A stretch of 27,875 bases of DNA from Archaeoglobaceae archaeon (GTDB taxonomy: Archaea; Halobacteriota; Archaeoglobi; Archaeoglobales; Archaeoglobaceae). The notes beneath the pieces are model-generated. The model was not told the origin of the DNA and searched no databases. It worked only from the letters and a program-made list of their open reading frames with translations. The position numbers and the translations under genes were made by a program. Location: assembly GCA_027016055.1 (NCBI GenBank), contig JALWBF010000088.1, positions 1 through 27,875 of the forward strand, given 5' to 3'. The stretch's first letter is position 1, and each line of letters starts with the position of its first letter. This document shows, piece after piece, positions 1 through 7,959 of the stretch.

Positions 1-1
1 A

Positions 2-727
2 AGGAAGAAGATCGGCGAGAAATTATCCGACATAGTCATAAATGAGCTTAAGCTGATAATTCAGGAGATTCTGGATGCCAATCGATTTGACTTCGACGAA
101 TTCGTTCAGACTAGGCTTAGGGATAAGAAACCGCTCAACATAATATTCGTAGGGGTAAACGGGACAGGCAAGACAACTACGATAGCGAAGATAGCCAAAA
201 GACTCATGGATTTCGGTTATTCCGTCGTGCTCGCCGCCGGAGACACGTTCAGGGCTGGTGCCATAGAACAGCTGGAGGAGCATGGGCAGAGGTTGGGCGT
301 TAAGGTGATCAAACACAAGCCCGGAGCTGATCCGGCTGCCGTCATTTACGATGCCATAAGGCATGCTGAGAGCAAGGGAATCGATGTAGTTCTTGCAGAT
401 ACTGCTGGAAGAATGCATACAAAGAAGAATCTGATAGATCAGCTGAGCAAGATCAAGAGGGTTACGAAGCCCGATTTGACGATATTCGTTGATGAGAGCA
501 TAGCAGGAAACGATGCGGTTGAGAGGGCGAGAATGTTTAACGATGCCGTCGGCATTGACGGATCGATTCTTACAAAGATTGATGCAGATCCGAAGGGTGG
601 AACCGCTATCTCGATTAGTTATGTCACTGGAAAACCTGTTTTGTTCTTGGGAACCGGACAAGATTACGACGATCTCGTTAAGTTCGATTCCAAATGGCTG
701 ATTGATAGGATTTTCGGTGATATTTAA
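2..727 (+). CDS. ftsY: SRP receptor GTPase FtsY (5'-truncated by the window edge)
   Basis: Frame open from base 2. Motifs [10 protein letters not shown] (G1), DTFRAGA, DTAGR (G3) and TKIDAD.KGG (G4). Stop TAA at 725-727. Confidence 0.97.
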   Translation, partial: RKKIGEKLSDIVINELKLIIQEILDANRFDFDEFVQTRLRDKKPLNIIFVGVNGTGKTTTIAKIAKRLMDFGYSVVLAAGDTFRAGAIEQLEEHGQRLGVKVIKHKPGADPAAVIYDAIRHAESKGIDVVLADTAGRMHTKKNLIDQLSKIKRVTKPDLTIFVDESIAGNDAVERARMFNDAVGIDGSILTKIDADPKGGTAISISYVTGKPVLFLGTGQDYDDLVKFDSKWLIDRIFGDI

Positions 728-771
728 TGTTTTAGCTAAACTATTTATTTTGCAACTCCTGACTTCAACCA

Positions 772-1776
772 ATGACAATAAAATATCTCGAAATCGAAAA
801 CTTTAGGGGAATTGCCAAGGGAAAAATTGAGGGTTTTACTCAGCTAAATATACTTGTAGGTAAAAATAACAGTGGAAAATCTACAATCCTCGAAGCTTTA
901 GCTATTGCTTTAGATCCCGAATTATTGTCGGAAATTATTAAAAGGAGGGGTTGGTATGGCTTAGATACTGTTTTGTCCATTTTTAGATTGAGAGACGATA
1001 AAAAAGAGATAAAAATTTCAGTAGATGATCGAGTTACTTTTATAAAAAGAAAAATTTCTTACGCTAAGGATGCAGAATTTCTAATAAAGTCTTATAACTT
1101 CTCTGAAGATATGATAACGTTAGATTCTAAGACGTTAAAAGATGAAAGGGTCGAGAAGCATTTTAGGTGCTATTTCGATCCTGAAGGAAAGGTGCATATA
1201 TTACATCAAACTGAACCAAAATTACTCAGTCCAAATATAATATTCATTGACAGCCTATCGATTTACGATAAAACACCTATAGATGCCTACAATTCCGTCT
1301 TTGAACACGGTTACAAAGCACACGAAAGACTGATCAAAGTAATAAATACAGTTTACCCTGAAATAAAAGACATCAGACTGTTCTCCGAAAAAATTGGACT
1401 TGAAGTTATTTACGAACACGGTAAGGTTCCATTTTTTGCGATGGGAGACGGCTTTAAGTCCGCTTACATCTACCTGGCATACCTTATGAGTATAGAAAAT
1501 GGTTACATTTTATGCGAAGAGCCAGAAAACTACCAGCATCCATCTTCAAGAAGGCTAATAGTTAAGGGGATAGTAGAATCTGCAAAAAGAAATCAGATAT
1601 TCATAAGCACCCACAGCCTCGAGCTAATAGACGACATACTAAGTGAAGCGGAAAACATCGACATCAAATTCTTCGTTCCAAGCTTGGATGAGAATGGTAT
1701 TCTAACGTATTATTCTTTCGATAAGGAAGAAGCTGAGTTTAGACGAAAAGAGCTTGAGGCAGATCTGAGGGGTTAA
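772..1776 (+). CDS. ABC-type (AAA_15/AAA_21-like, OLD/AbiEii-related) ATPase
   Basis: N-terminal IENFRGI strand, Walker A GKNNSGKS, signature-like AMGDG, Walker B/D-loop ILCEEPENYQHP and H-loop ISTHS. AT-rich. Confidence 0.85.
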   Translation: MTIKYLEIENFRGIAKGKIEGFTQLNILVGKNNSGKSTILEALAIALDPELLSEIIKRRGWYGLDTVLSIFRLRDDKKEIKISVDDRVTFIKRKISYAKDAEFLIKSYNFSEDMITLDSKTLKDERVEKHFRCYFDPEGKVHILHQTEPKLLSPNIIFIDSLSIYDKTPIDAYNSVFEHGYKAHERLIKVINTVYPEIKDIRLFSEKIGLEVIYEHGKVPFFAMGDGFKSAYIYLAYLMSIENGYILCEEPENYQHPSSRRLIVKGIVESAKRNQIFISTHSLELIDDILSEAENIDIKFFVPSLDENGILTYYSFDKEEAEFRRKELEADLRG

Positions 1777-1777
1777 A

Positions 1778-2515
1778 ATGAGAATTTTGCTTTGCGAAGG
1801 CACGGTAGATATGGAGTTTCTGTCGAGGTTAATAGTCAGTTGCTACGGCTTTAAACGGAAAGACGTTAAGGAAAATTACTTGGAAAGCAAGCTCGGTCTA
1901 AGTTACAAAAAATTTATAATATTGGAGCAAAAATTTGAACTTGCAATTTTTTATCCAAAAGGAGGTGGTGCTGAAGCAGTCATAAAAAGTGTAACAGCAC
2001 GGAGCCAGATGTTACAGTGGATTGAAAGGGGTGCTTCAAAGATTGGCATAGCCATAGATTTAGATGACAGAGACGTTCAAAATTTAATAGACTCCATTGA
2101 AACACGGTTAAAGAATAAGTATGGTAGCGATAATATTACAAAGGTTGGAAATTACACATTTAAATGCAATATCGGTAGATATACGATACCTATTACGGCA
2201 ATACCTCTTGGAGATTTGAATATCTCTAAAAAACTCGGATTTGACGTTTCACAATACGAATTAGAAGATTTAATCTTGGATTTGGCATTTGAGGATGACT
2301 TTTACAAGCACGTATTAACACAAGCAGTTGAGTTTTATAAAGAGAAGAAGGGCGAAAATCCAAGTCAGAAAGCATTGGTTAAGATTCTAGAGTCTACATG
2401 TGATAATCCCGATTTTGGAATTTATGAACTCATATCGAATTTATTCAGAAACAAAAATATTAAAAATATATTACCGAAATATATCTTTGAAAGCTTTAAC
2501 GAATTTCTACACTAA
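1778..2515 (+). CDS. TOPRIM-like protein (DUF3226-like), partner of the upstream ATPase
   Basis: N-terminal ILLCEGTVD (EGxxD), IAIDLD (DxD) and later ELEDLIL acidic motif. ATG lies 1 nt after the ATPase stop. Confidence 0.7.
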   Translation: MRILLCEGTVDMEFLSRLIVSCYGFKRKDVKENYLESKLGLSYKKFIILEQKFELAIFYPKGGGAEAVIKSVTARSQMLQWIERGASKIGIAIDLDDRDVQNLIDSIETRLKNKYGSDNITKVGNYTFKCNIGRYTIPITAIPLGDLNISKKLGFDVSQYELEDLILDLAFEDDFYKHVLTQAVEFYKEKKGENPSQKALVKILESTCDNPDFGIYELISNLFRNKNIKNILPKYIFESFNEFLH

Positions 2516-3276
2516 TTCTTTTTACTTCCGAAATACTCAAGTATTTCGATCGGTATCGGGAACACTATTGTATTCGCCTGTTCATCCGCTATTTCATTCA
2601 ACGTCTGTAGAATTCTAAGCAACATAGCCCCTTTGCTCTGCTCTAAAATCTGAGCGGCTTCGAGCAACTTCTGTGCAGCTTGATACTCTCCATCAGCTCT
2701 GATTATCTTCGCCCTTCTTTCTCTTTCAGCTTCCGCCTGCATAGCCATTATCCTCTTCATCTCCTCCGGCAACTCGACATCCTTGATCTCAACCGCCGTA
2801 ACCTTAACTCCCCAAGGATTTGTCGCTTCGTCGATTATCTGCTGTAATCGCGCGTTAAGCTTCTCCCTCTCCGAAAGGAGCTCATCCAATTCGGCCTGAC
2901 CTATTACGCTCCTCAAAGTCGTCTGAGCTATTTGGGCTGTAGCATACATGAAATCCCTAACCTCGGTCACAGCTTTTTCCGGATCTACGACCCTATAATA
3001 TACTACAGCATTAACTCTAACTGTGACGTTATCCTTGGTTATTACCTCCTGAGTCGGCACGTCGTATGTGATCGTTCTGAGATCGACTTTGGTCATGCTT
3101 TCGAGTATGGGTATTACGAAGAACAGTCCCGGTCCTCTCGCTCCGACGAGTCTTCCGAGTCTGAAGATAACTCCCCTTTCGTATTCCTTAACGACTCTGA
3201 TTCCAGCGGCGATAAATCCAACTATAACCACTATCAGTCCGGCTATTAGAATCCAGAGCGGCGAGAATAGGGCCAT
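2512..3276 (-). CDS. SPFH/stomatin (band 7) family membrane protein
   Basis: N-terminal TM segment, [32 protein letters not shown] and [15 protein letters not shown] at 3276 chosen (track starts at TTG 3282). Confidence 0.95.
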   Translation of the reverse strand: MALFSPLWILIAGLIVVIVGFIAAGIRVVKEYERGVIFRLGRLVGARGPGLFFVIPILESMTKVDLRTITYDVPTQEVITKDNVTVRVNAVVYYRVVDPEKAVTEVRDFMYATAQIAQTTLRSVIGQAELDELLSEREKLNARLQQIIDEATNPWGVKVTAVEIKDVELPEEMKRIMAMQAEAERERRAKIIRADGEYQAAQKLLEAAQILEQSKGAMLLRILQTLNEIADEQANTIVFPIPIEILEYFGSKKN

Positions 3277-3293
3277 GATCAACGTTAGTTAAC

Positions 3294-3312
3294 AAATATA
3301 TAAATCTTTTCC
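3294..3312 (-). promoter_or_regulatory. BRE/TATA promoter of the SPFH gene (probably leaderless mRNA)
   Basis: Minus strand reads AAAAAGA-TTTATATA, about 20-27 nt upstream of ATG 3276. Confidence 0.6.
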
Positions 3313-3330
3313 TTAAATATTTGAGTAGAA

Positions 3331-4566
3331 TTAAACTACATCATACTTTGTCGTCGGAGTTATTTCCCCGACCAAATTAACCTTAACGAGCTTTTTGGCC
3401 TCCTCAAGATCGTAGTTTCCCAGAAGCCACATGACTTTAACCAAAGCTACTTCCGGTAGCATGTCTTCGCCTTCAATCACTCCAGCTTTGAGGAGGTATC
3501 TGCCGGTATCGTAAACTCTATCGCATATTCTCCCCCATAAGCATTGGGATGTCATAACCACCAAGCTGTCCTCGGCAATCCTCTTTATCGTATCTATCCA
3601 AGTGGTCGAAACGTGCCCCAAGCCCGTTCCTTCCAAAACGAATCCCCTGTAGCCATTATCGTAGTAGTAATCGAGTATGTCTGGCTTCATTCCGGGGAAG
3701 AACTTGATTAGCACTACCTTATCCTCGAGTTTATCTCTAAGCTCAAGTTCCCTCTCATTTCTCCTGAATCTCTCCTCTACAAACCAAGTGATTTCGCCGG
3801 AAGGATAATCCACTCTGCCCAAGGGCGGGAAGTTTATCGATTTAAATGCGTCCCTCCTTGATGTATGGCACTTCCTAACCTTCACGCCACGATGGATGTA
3901 GCAGAAGTCGTCGCTCGTCGTTCCGTGCATGACGACAACGACTTCCCCCAAATCTGACGTTGCCGCCTTTGCAGCACAGAAGAGATTCATAGCGGCATCG
4001 CTCGACGGTCGATCGCTGCTTCTCTGTGCTCCCACCAAAACAACCGGAACCGGAGTTCGAAGCATGAATGCTAAAGCCGATGCAGTGTAATGCATTGTGT
4101 CCGTTCCGTGCGTGATTATAATTCCGTCGTATCCCTTCTTTATTGAATCGTAAATTTCCCTTGCGAGTTCGATCCAATTCTGTGGAGTCATGTTCTCGCT
4201 GAGTATGTTGTAAAGCAGCATAGCATCCACGTTGCAGATTTCAAGCAGTTCCGGCACATCTCCGGCGATCTCTTCAGCGGTAAACTGGCTTGTGACTGCT
4301 CCTGTTCTGTAATCCACCCTACTCGCTATAGTTCCGCCCGTTGAGATTATCTTAACGTTCGGCAGTCCCTCCCTCTTTTCAAGCTTCGGAGTCGGCACAG
4401 CTATATGCTTTTCCTCGATAACCTCAACAACCTCGTAATCCTTAAAACCCACATTGTAGCCGTTATCCAACTTGAGAACGAGGCAATCCGTGAATGAGGG
4501 CATGACTATACCTTCGAAAATCCTACCCTTGGCTTTTATTCTGACCCTTTTTCCCTGAAGTTCCAT
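3331..4566 (-). CDS. gatD: Glutamyl-tRNA(Gln) amidotransferase subunit D
   Basis: N-terminal LKLDNGYNVG domain followed by asparaginase-like motifs TGGTIASR, HGTDTM and GAQRSSDRPSSD. Confidence 0.95.
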   Translation of the reverse strand: MELQGKRVRIKAKGRIFEGIVMPSFTDCLVLKLDNGYNVGFKDYEVVEVIEEKHIAVPTPKLEKREGLPNVKIISTGGTIASRVDYRTGAVTSQFTAEEIAGDVPELLEICNVDAMLLYNILSENMTPQNWIELAREIYDSIKKGYDGIIITHGTDTMHYTASALAFMLRTPVPVVLVGAQRSSDRPSSDAAMNLFCAAKAATSDLGEVVVVMHGTTSDDFCYIHRGVKVRKCHTSRRDAFKSINFPPLGRVDYPSGEITWFVEERFRRNERELELRDKLEDKVVLIKFFPGMKPDILDYYYDNGYRGFVLEGTGLGHVSTTWIDTIKRIAEDSLVVMTSQCLWGRICDRVYDTGRYLLKAGVIEGEDMLPEVALVKVMWLLGNYDLEEAKKLVKVNLVGEITPTTKYDVV

Positions 4567-4587
4567 AAAACGAATTTAGCTGTGCAA

Positions 4588-4606
4588 CTTTTAAGCGTTT
4601 TCAACA
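4588..4606 (-). promoter_or_regulatory. BRE/TATA-like promoter of gatD
   Basis: Minus strand GAAAACGC-TTAAAAG about 25 nt upstream of ATG 4566. Confidence 0.5.
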
Positions 4607-4672
4607 ATCTCCGAACTTGAGAATTTAAAAGATAATCATTATTATGAGGACTGTTATTTTTAAGATTATTGT

Positions 4673-4692
4673 AAAAAGAAAGTTTTATAACT
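4673..4692 (+). promoter_or_regulatory. BRE/TATA promoter of the 4715-7477 operon
   Basis: AAAAAGAAAG-TTTTATAA about 25 nt upstream of ATG 4715. Confidence 0.6.
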
Positions 4693-4714
4693 ATTAAACC
4701 ATTTATGCTATACT

Positions 4715-4939
4715 ATGGGTAAGCTTTTAATCGTCCAAACAAAAATCCCAAAAGATAAGATCGAGAAGCTAAAACTCAAAACAGGCAAGAGCACGATCAA
4801 GGAAGCTTTGAGCGAGGCTGTTTATCACTACATCTACTGTCCCTTGGCAAGGAAAATCGATGAAAGCATTGAGAGAAGTAGGAGGGGTAGGAAACCGTTA
4901 TATCTCAAGGAGATATCCGACACCTATGAATCTAAGTAA
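4715..4939 (+). CDS. Small DUF5371-like protein, probable ribbon-helix-helix DNA-binding fold
   Basis: Pattern QTKIP...LKLKTG...KEALSEAVYHY..C recalled as DUF5371. Own TATA box. Overlaps the next gene. Confidence 0.65.
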   Translation: MGKLLIVQTKIPKDKIEKLKLKTGKSTIKEALSEAVYHYIYCPLARKIDESIERSRRGRKPLYLKEISDTYESK

Positions 4940-6059
4940 GGATGAAGAGAAGTTGCTTGAATCCGACAATCCGACGATCGCAAAATGTATGGAGATTCTG
5001 GTAGCCTTAGGAGAGATATTCGGGGCGGAAAGGCTTATCCCGATAAAATCCGCTCATATCTCCGGAATTTCTTATAAGAATATAGGTGAAGAAGGGCTGG
5101 AATGGTTGAAAAGCCTAAAGGCTAGAGTTCGCGTTAGGACCACACTGAATCCGGCTGGAATGGATTTGGAACGATGGAAAGATATGGGATTGAACGATCG
5201 CTTCGTTAAAAAGCAGATCGAGGTTATTAAGGCTTTGGAAAGCATAGGTGCCGAGCTTACGCTTACATGCACGCCCTACTACATCCACAAACCGTCCTTA
5301 GGCGATCACTTAGCTTGGGCGGAATCTTCAGCCGTAGTATATGCGAATTCCGTAATCGGGGCGAGAACGAATAGGGAGAGCGGAATCAGTGCGTTGGCAT
5401 CTGCTATAATCGGAAAAACCCCATATTACGGATTGCACGTTAAGGAGAACAGGGCACCCACGATTCTTGTAAAGGTTAAAGGTGATCTTAATCCCTCCAT
5501 CGTCGGATACAAAATAGGAAGCGAAATCGACGAAATTCCCATATTTGATTTCGAAAGAAGGCTCAGCGATGTCGAACTGAAACAACTCGGAGCATCCTTG
5601 GCTTCAACTGGCAACATAGCCATGTTCCACGTTATCGATCAAACTCCGGAATGGAGGGAATTCGATATTCCGAACGAGAAGATGGAGGTAGATAGGGTTG
5701 AGATTAAGGATGACTGCGAGCCCGATTTGATAGCTTTGGGATGTCCGCACCTTTCGGAAGAAGAAATTAGGGAAATTGCGAGGATAATCGAAAGATACGG
5801 AAAGCCTAAGAAGCCGGTATGGCTCTTCACTTCGAGGCATGTCTATAATAAGCTGAGGCACGTGATCGAAAAGCTTGAGAGTAAGGGAATAAAGGTGTTC
5901 AGGGATACGTGCATGGTGGTTTCGCCGGCAACCGAAAGGTTCGAATGCGTAATGGTAAACTCGGGAAAAGCTTTAACTTACCTTCCGAAGCTCAGGAGGG
6001 TTAAAGCTATCTTCGGATCGACGCATGAATGTATAAGGAGGGCTTTTGATGAGAGTTAA
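4926..6059 (+). CDS. Aconitase X catalytic (large) subunit, DUF521; probable phosphomevalonate dehydratase large subunit
   Basis: AHISGISY, TTLNP, TCTPY, AWAESSAV, NSVIGARTN, GCPH and DTCMVV (three Fe-S Cys). ATG 4926 (MNLSKDEEK) preferred over the track start at 4860. Confidence 0.9.
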   Translation: MNLSKDEEKLLESDNPTIAKCMEILVALGEIFGAERLIPIKSAHISGISYKNIGEEGLEWLKSLKARVRVRTTLNPAGMDLERWKDMGLNDRFVKKQIEVIKALESIGAELTLTCTPYYIHKPSLGDHLAWAESSAVVYANSVIGARTNRESGISALASAIIGKTPYYGLHVKENRAPTILVKVKGDLNPSIVGYKIGSEIDEIPIFDFERRLSDVELKQLGASLASTGNIAMFHVIDQTPEWREFDIPNEKMEVDRVEIKDDCEPDLIALGCPHLSEEEIREIARIIERYGKPKKPVWLFTSRHVYNKLRHVIEKLESKGIKVFRDTCMVVSPATERFECVMVNSGKALTYLPKLRRVKAIFGSTHECIRRAFDES

Positions 6060-6453
6060 GGGGAGGATAATTTCGAGGGGGTTCGCCGAAGGGGAGGCGA
6101 TCGTGAGCAGGAGGAAGTTCTCATTTCTGGGAGATGTCGACGTTGACAGCGGAATAGTCGTGGCTGAAGACAGCGACATATGCGGTGAATCGATCGCCGG
6201 CAAGATATTCGTTTTTCCCACCGGCAGAGGATCCACGGTTGGAACTTACATCCTTTTGAGAATGAAAAAGAAGGGAACTGCGCCGAAAGCGATAGTGAAC
6301 GTTGAGACCGAACCTATTATAGCTGTAGGTGCTATTATAGCTGGAATTCCTCTGATGGATAAGCTTGAGGTAGATCCATTCAAAATTATTAAATCCGGCA
6401 ACCGCGTTAAAGTTGATGCCATAAACGGATGGGTTGAAGTCCATGGAGATTGA
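6049..6453 (+). CDS. Aconitase X swivelling (small) subunit, DUF126; probable phosphomevalonate dehydratase small subunit
   Basis: GEAIVS...SFLGDVD and GRGSTVG motifs. Overlaps the large-subunit stop. Confidence 0.9.
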   Translation: MRVKGRIISRGFAEGEAIVSRRKFSFLGDVDVDSGIVVAEDSDICGESIAGKIFVFPTGRGSTVGTYILLRMKKKGTAPKAIVNVETEPIIAVGAIIAGIPLMDKLEVDPFKIIKSGNRVKVDAINGWVEVHGD

Positions 6454-7477
6454 GAAGATTAGAGCCAAGCTCGAAGAAGAATTTATAGTTTACGATTTTG
6501 AGAAGCTTGAAGACGGTATCAGATTCTATCTTCATCCGAGGTTCGGTTCTATAAGCAAAGATCTCAAGATGTTCCTAACGGAATTGGCTGGAAAGTATTC
6601 CGTAGAATTTAGGGAAAGATACGGGGAACTGGTTTTGGAAATCAGAGAAGCTAAGAAGGAAAGAATTTGGATCAACGTAATCCTACTGATCGCAACCTTC
6701 TGTTCCACAACCCTCATGGGTTCGATGATGTTCGAAAGGTTCGACATAAGGGGCGGATTCCTGTTCTCCTTAGCGGTTATGTTCGTTCTGGGGAGTCACG
6801 AGATGGGGCATTACTTCGCTGCGAGAAGGTGGAAGATGAGAACATCCCTACCTTACTTCATACCGTTTCCGACCATAATAGGAACGTTGGGGGCGATAAT
6901 AAAGCATAAGGGACCCATTCCGAACAGAAAGGCGTTATTTGACGTCGGAGTTTCAGGACCTTTGGTGGGAATAATAGCATCGATAATCGTAATATTAATC
7001 GGATTGAGCATCCCTTTCAAGCCGGGCAGAATTGGAGAAGCAACGATCGTTCTCGGCTCTCCACCCCTCTTCGAGCTACTTGCGAAGTTAGTCGGCTACA
7101 AGGAGAGGTTCATACATCCGATAGCATTTGCCGGCTGGGTGGGATTGTTCGTAACCTTCCTAAACCTTATTCCGGTCGGACAGCTCGACGGCGGGCATAT
7201 ATTGAGGGCGATGATAGGTAAGAGGGCTGAAATCGTTTCGAGACTTATGCCGATGGTTTTAATAATCGTAGGATTCCTTATCAGCTACATATACCGGACT
7301 TCGGATTCCATTTGGGTATTCTGGGGCTTAATAACGTTGTTCTTTTCAATGCACCCCCATCCGGAACCTGTTGACGATGAGACACCTTTGGATTTGAAGA
7401 GGATGTTGTTGGGAATATTCACATTCGCTTTGGCTTTGATGTGCTTCACTCCGATCCCCTTCAGAGTCGTAACCTGA
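6443..7477 (+). CDS. Site-2 protease (M50) intramembrane Zn metalloprotease
   Basis: HEMGH (HExxH) and NLIPVGQLDGG (NPDG motif) with multiple TM segments. ATG at 6443. Confidence 0.93.
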   Translation: MEIEKIRAKLEEEFIVYDFEKLEDGIRFYLHPRFGSISKDLKMFLTELAGKYSVEFRERYGELVLEIREAKKERIWINVILLIATFCSTTLMGSMMFERFDIRGGFLFSLAVMFVLGSHEMGHYFAARRWKMRTSLPYFIPFPTIIGTLGAIIKHKGPIPNRKALFDVGVSGPLVGIIASIIVILIGLSIPFKPGRIGEATIVLGSPPLFELLAKLVGYKERFIHPIAFAGWVGLFVTFLNLIPVGQLDGGHILRAMIGKRAEIVSRLMPMVLIIVGFLISYIYRTSDSIWVFWGLITLFFSMHPHPEPVDDETPLDLKRMLLGIFTFALALMCFTPIPFRVVT

Positions 7478-7496
7478 CACGGAAAAATATTTAAAT
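7478..7496 (+). promoter_or_regulatory. BRE/TATA promoter of rps8e
   Basis: CGGAAAAA-TATTTAAATA about 25 nt upstream of ATG 7520. Confidence 0.6.
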
Positions 7497-7519
7497 AACT
7501 CTAACATTAGCTCGATATC

Positions 7520-7906
7520 ATGATCTGGCAGGGTAGGAGTAGGAGAAGCTACACGGGCAAGCTCCTCAGACCTCACAGAAAGAAGAGAAAGTATGAGATG
7601 GGAAGACCGCAAGTGGAAACTCTTATCGGGGAGAGGAAAATCAAGAAAGTTAGGGTTAGAGGCGGTAATTACAAGATAAAGCTCTTCAGAGATAAATTTG
7701 CGAACGTTTACGTGCCGAAGGAGGGAAAAGTGGTAAGGGCTGAAATCAAGAGGGTTGTTGAAAATCCCGCACACGTTCACTACGCGAGGAGAAACGTTAT
7801 AACGAAGGGTGCAATAATCGAAACTTCCGTTGGACTTGCGAAGGTTACGAACAGACCGAGTCAGGAGGGTATAATAAACGCTGTGCTGATTGAGGAATCC
7901 TCCTGA
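7520..7906 (+). CDS. rps8e: 30S ribosomal protein S8e
   Basis: MIWQGRSRR..TG...RKKRKYEMGR, RVRGGNYK, RRNVITKGAII and RPSQEG.INAVLI. Confidence 0.97.
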   Translation: MIWQGRSRRSYTGKLLRPHRKKRKYEMGRPQVETLIGERKIKKVRVRGGNYKIKLFRDKFANVYVPKEGKVVRAEIKRVVENPAHVHYARRNVITKGAIIETSVGLAKVTNRPSQEGIINAVLIEESS

Positions 7907-7924
7907 TTTTCAGCTTTTTTGTTT
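7907..7924 (+). terminator. Oligo-T terminator candidate after rps8e
   Basis: TTTTCAGCTTTTTTGTTT immediately after the stop. Confidence 0.45.
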
Positions 7925-7959
7925 ACAGCTTTCGAGCTTTACGTTTTACCGTAGAGAAC

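Noticed and set aside
731-740. 10-bp palindrome TTTAGCTAAA upstream of the ATPase
   Set aside because: Short and AT-rich with no matching copy at the other end of the cassette, so it cannot be called an insertion boundary or operator.
23-778. 251-aa minus-strand ORF
   Set aside because: Antisense shadow of ftsY with no recognisable motifs.
3331-4566. gatD without adjacent gatE
   Set aside because: Unlinked gatD and gatE genes are ordinary in archaea.
7907-7959. Possible SRP RNA or other structured RNA near rps8e/ftsY
   Set aside because: The gap is only about 50 nt and T-rich. No GC-rich ~300-nt noncoding stretch exists in the window.
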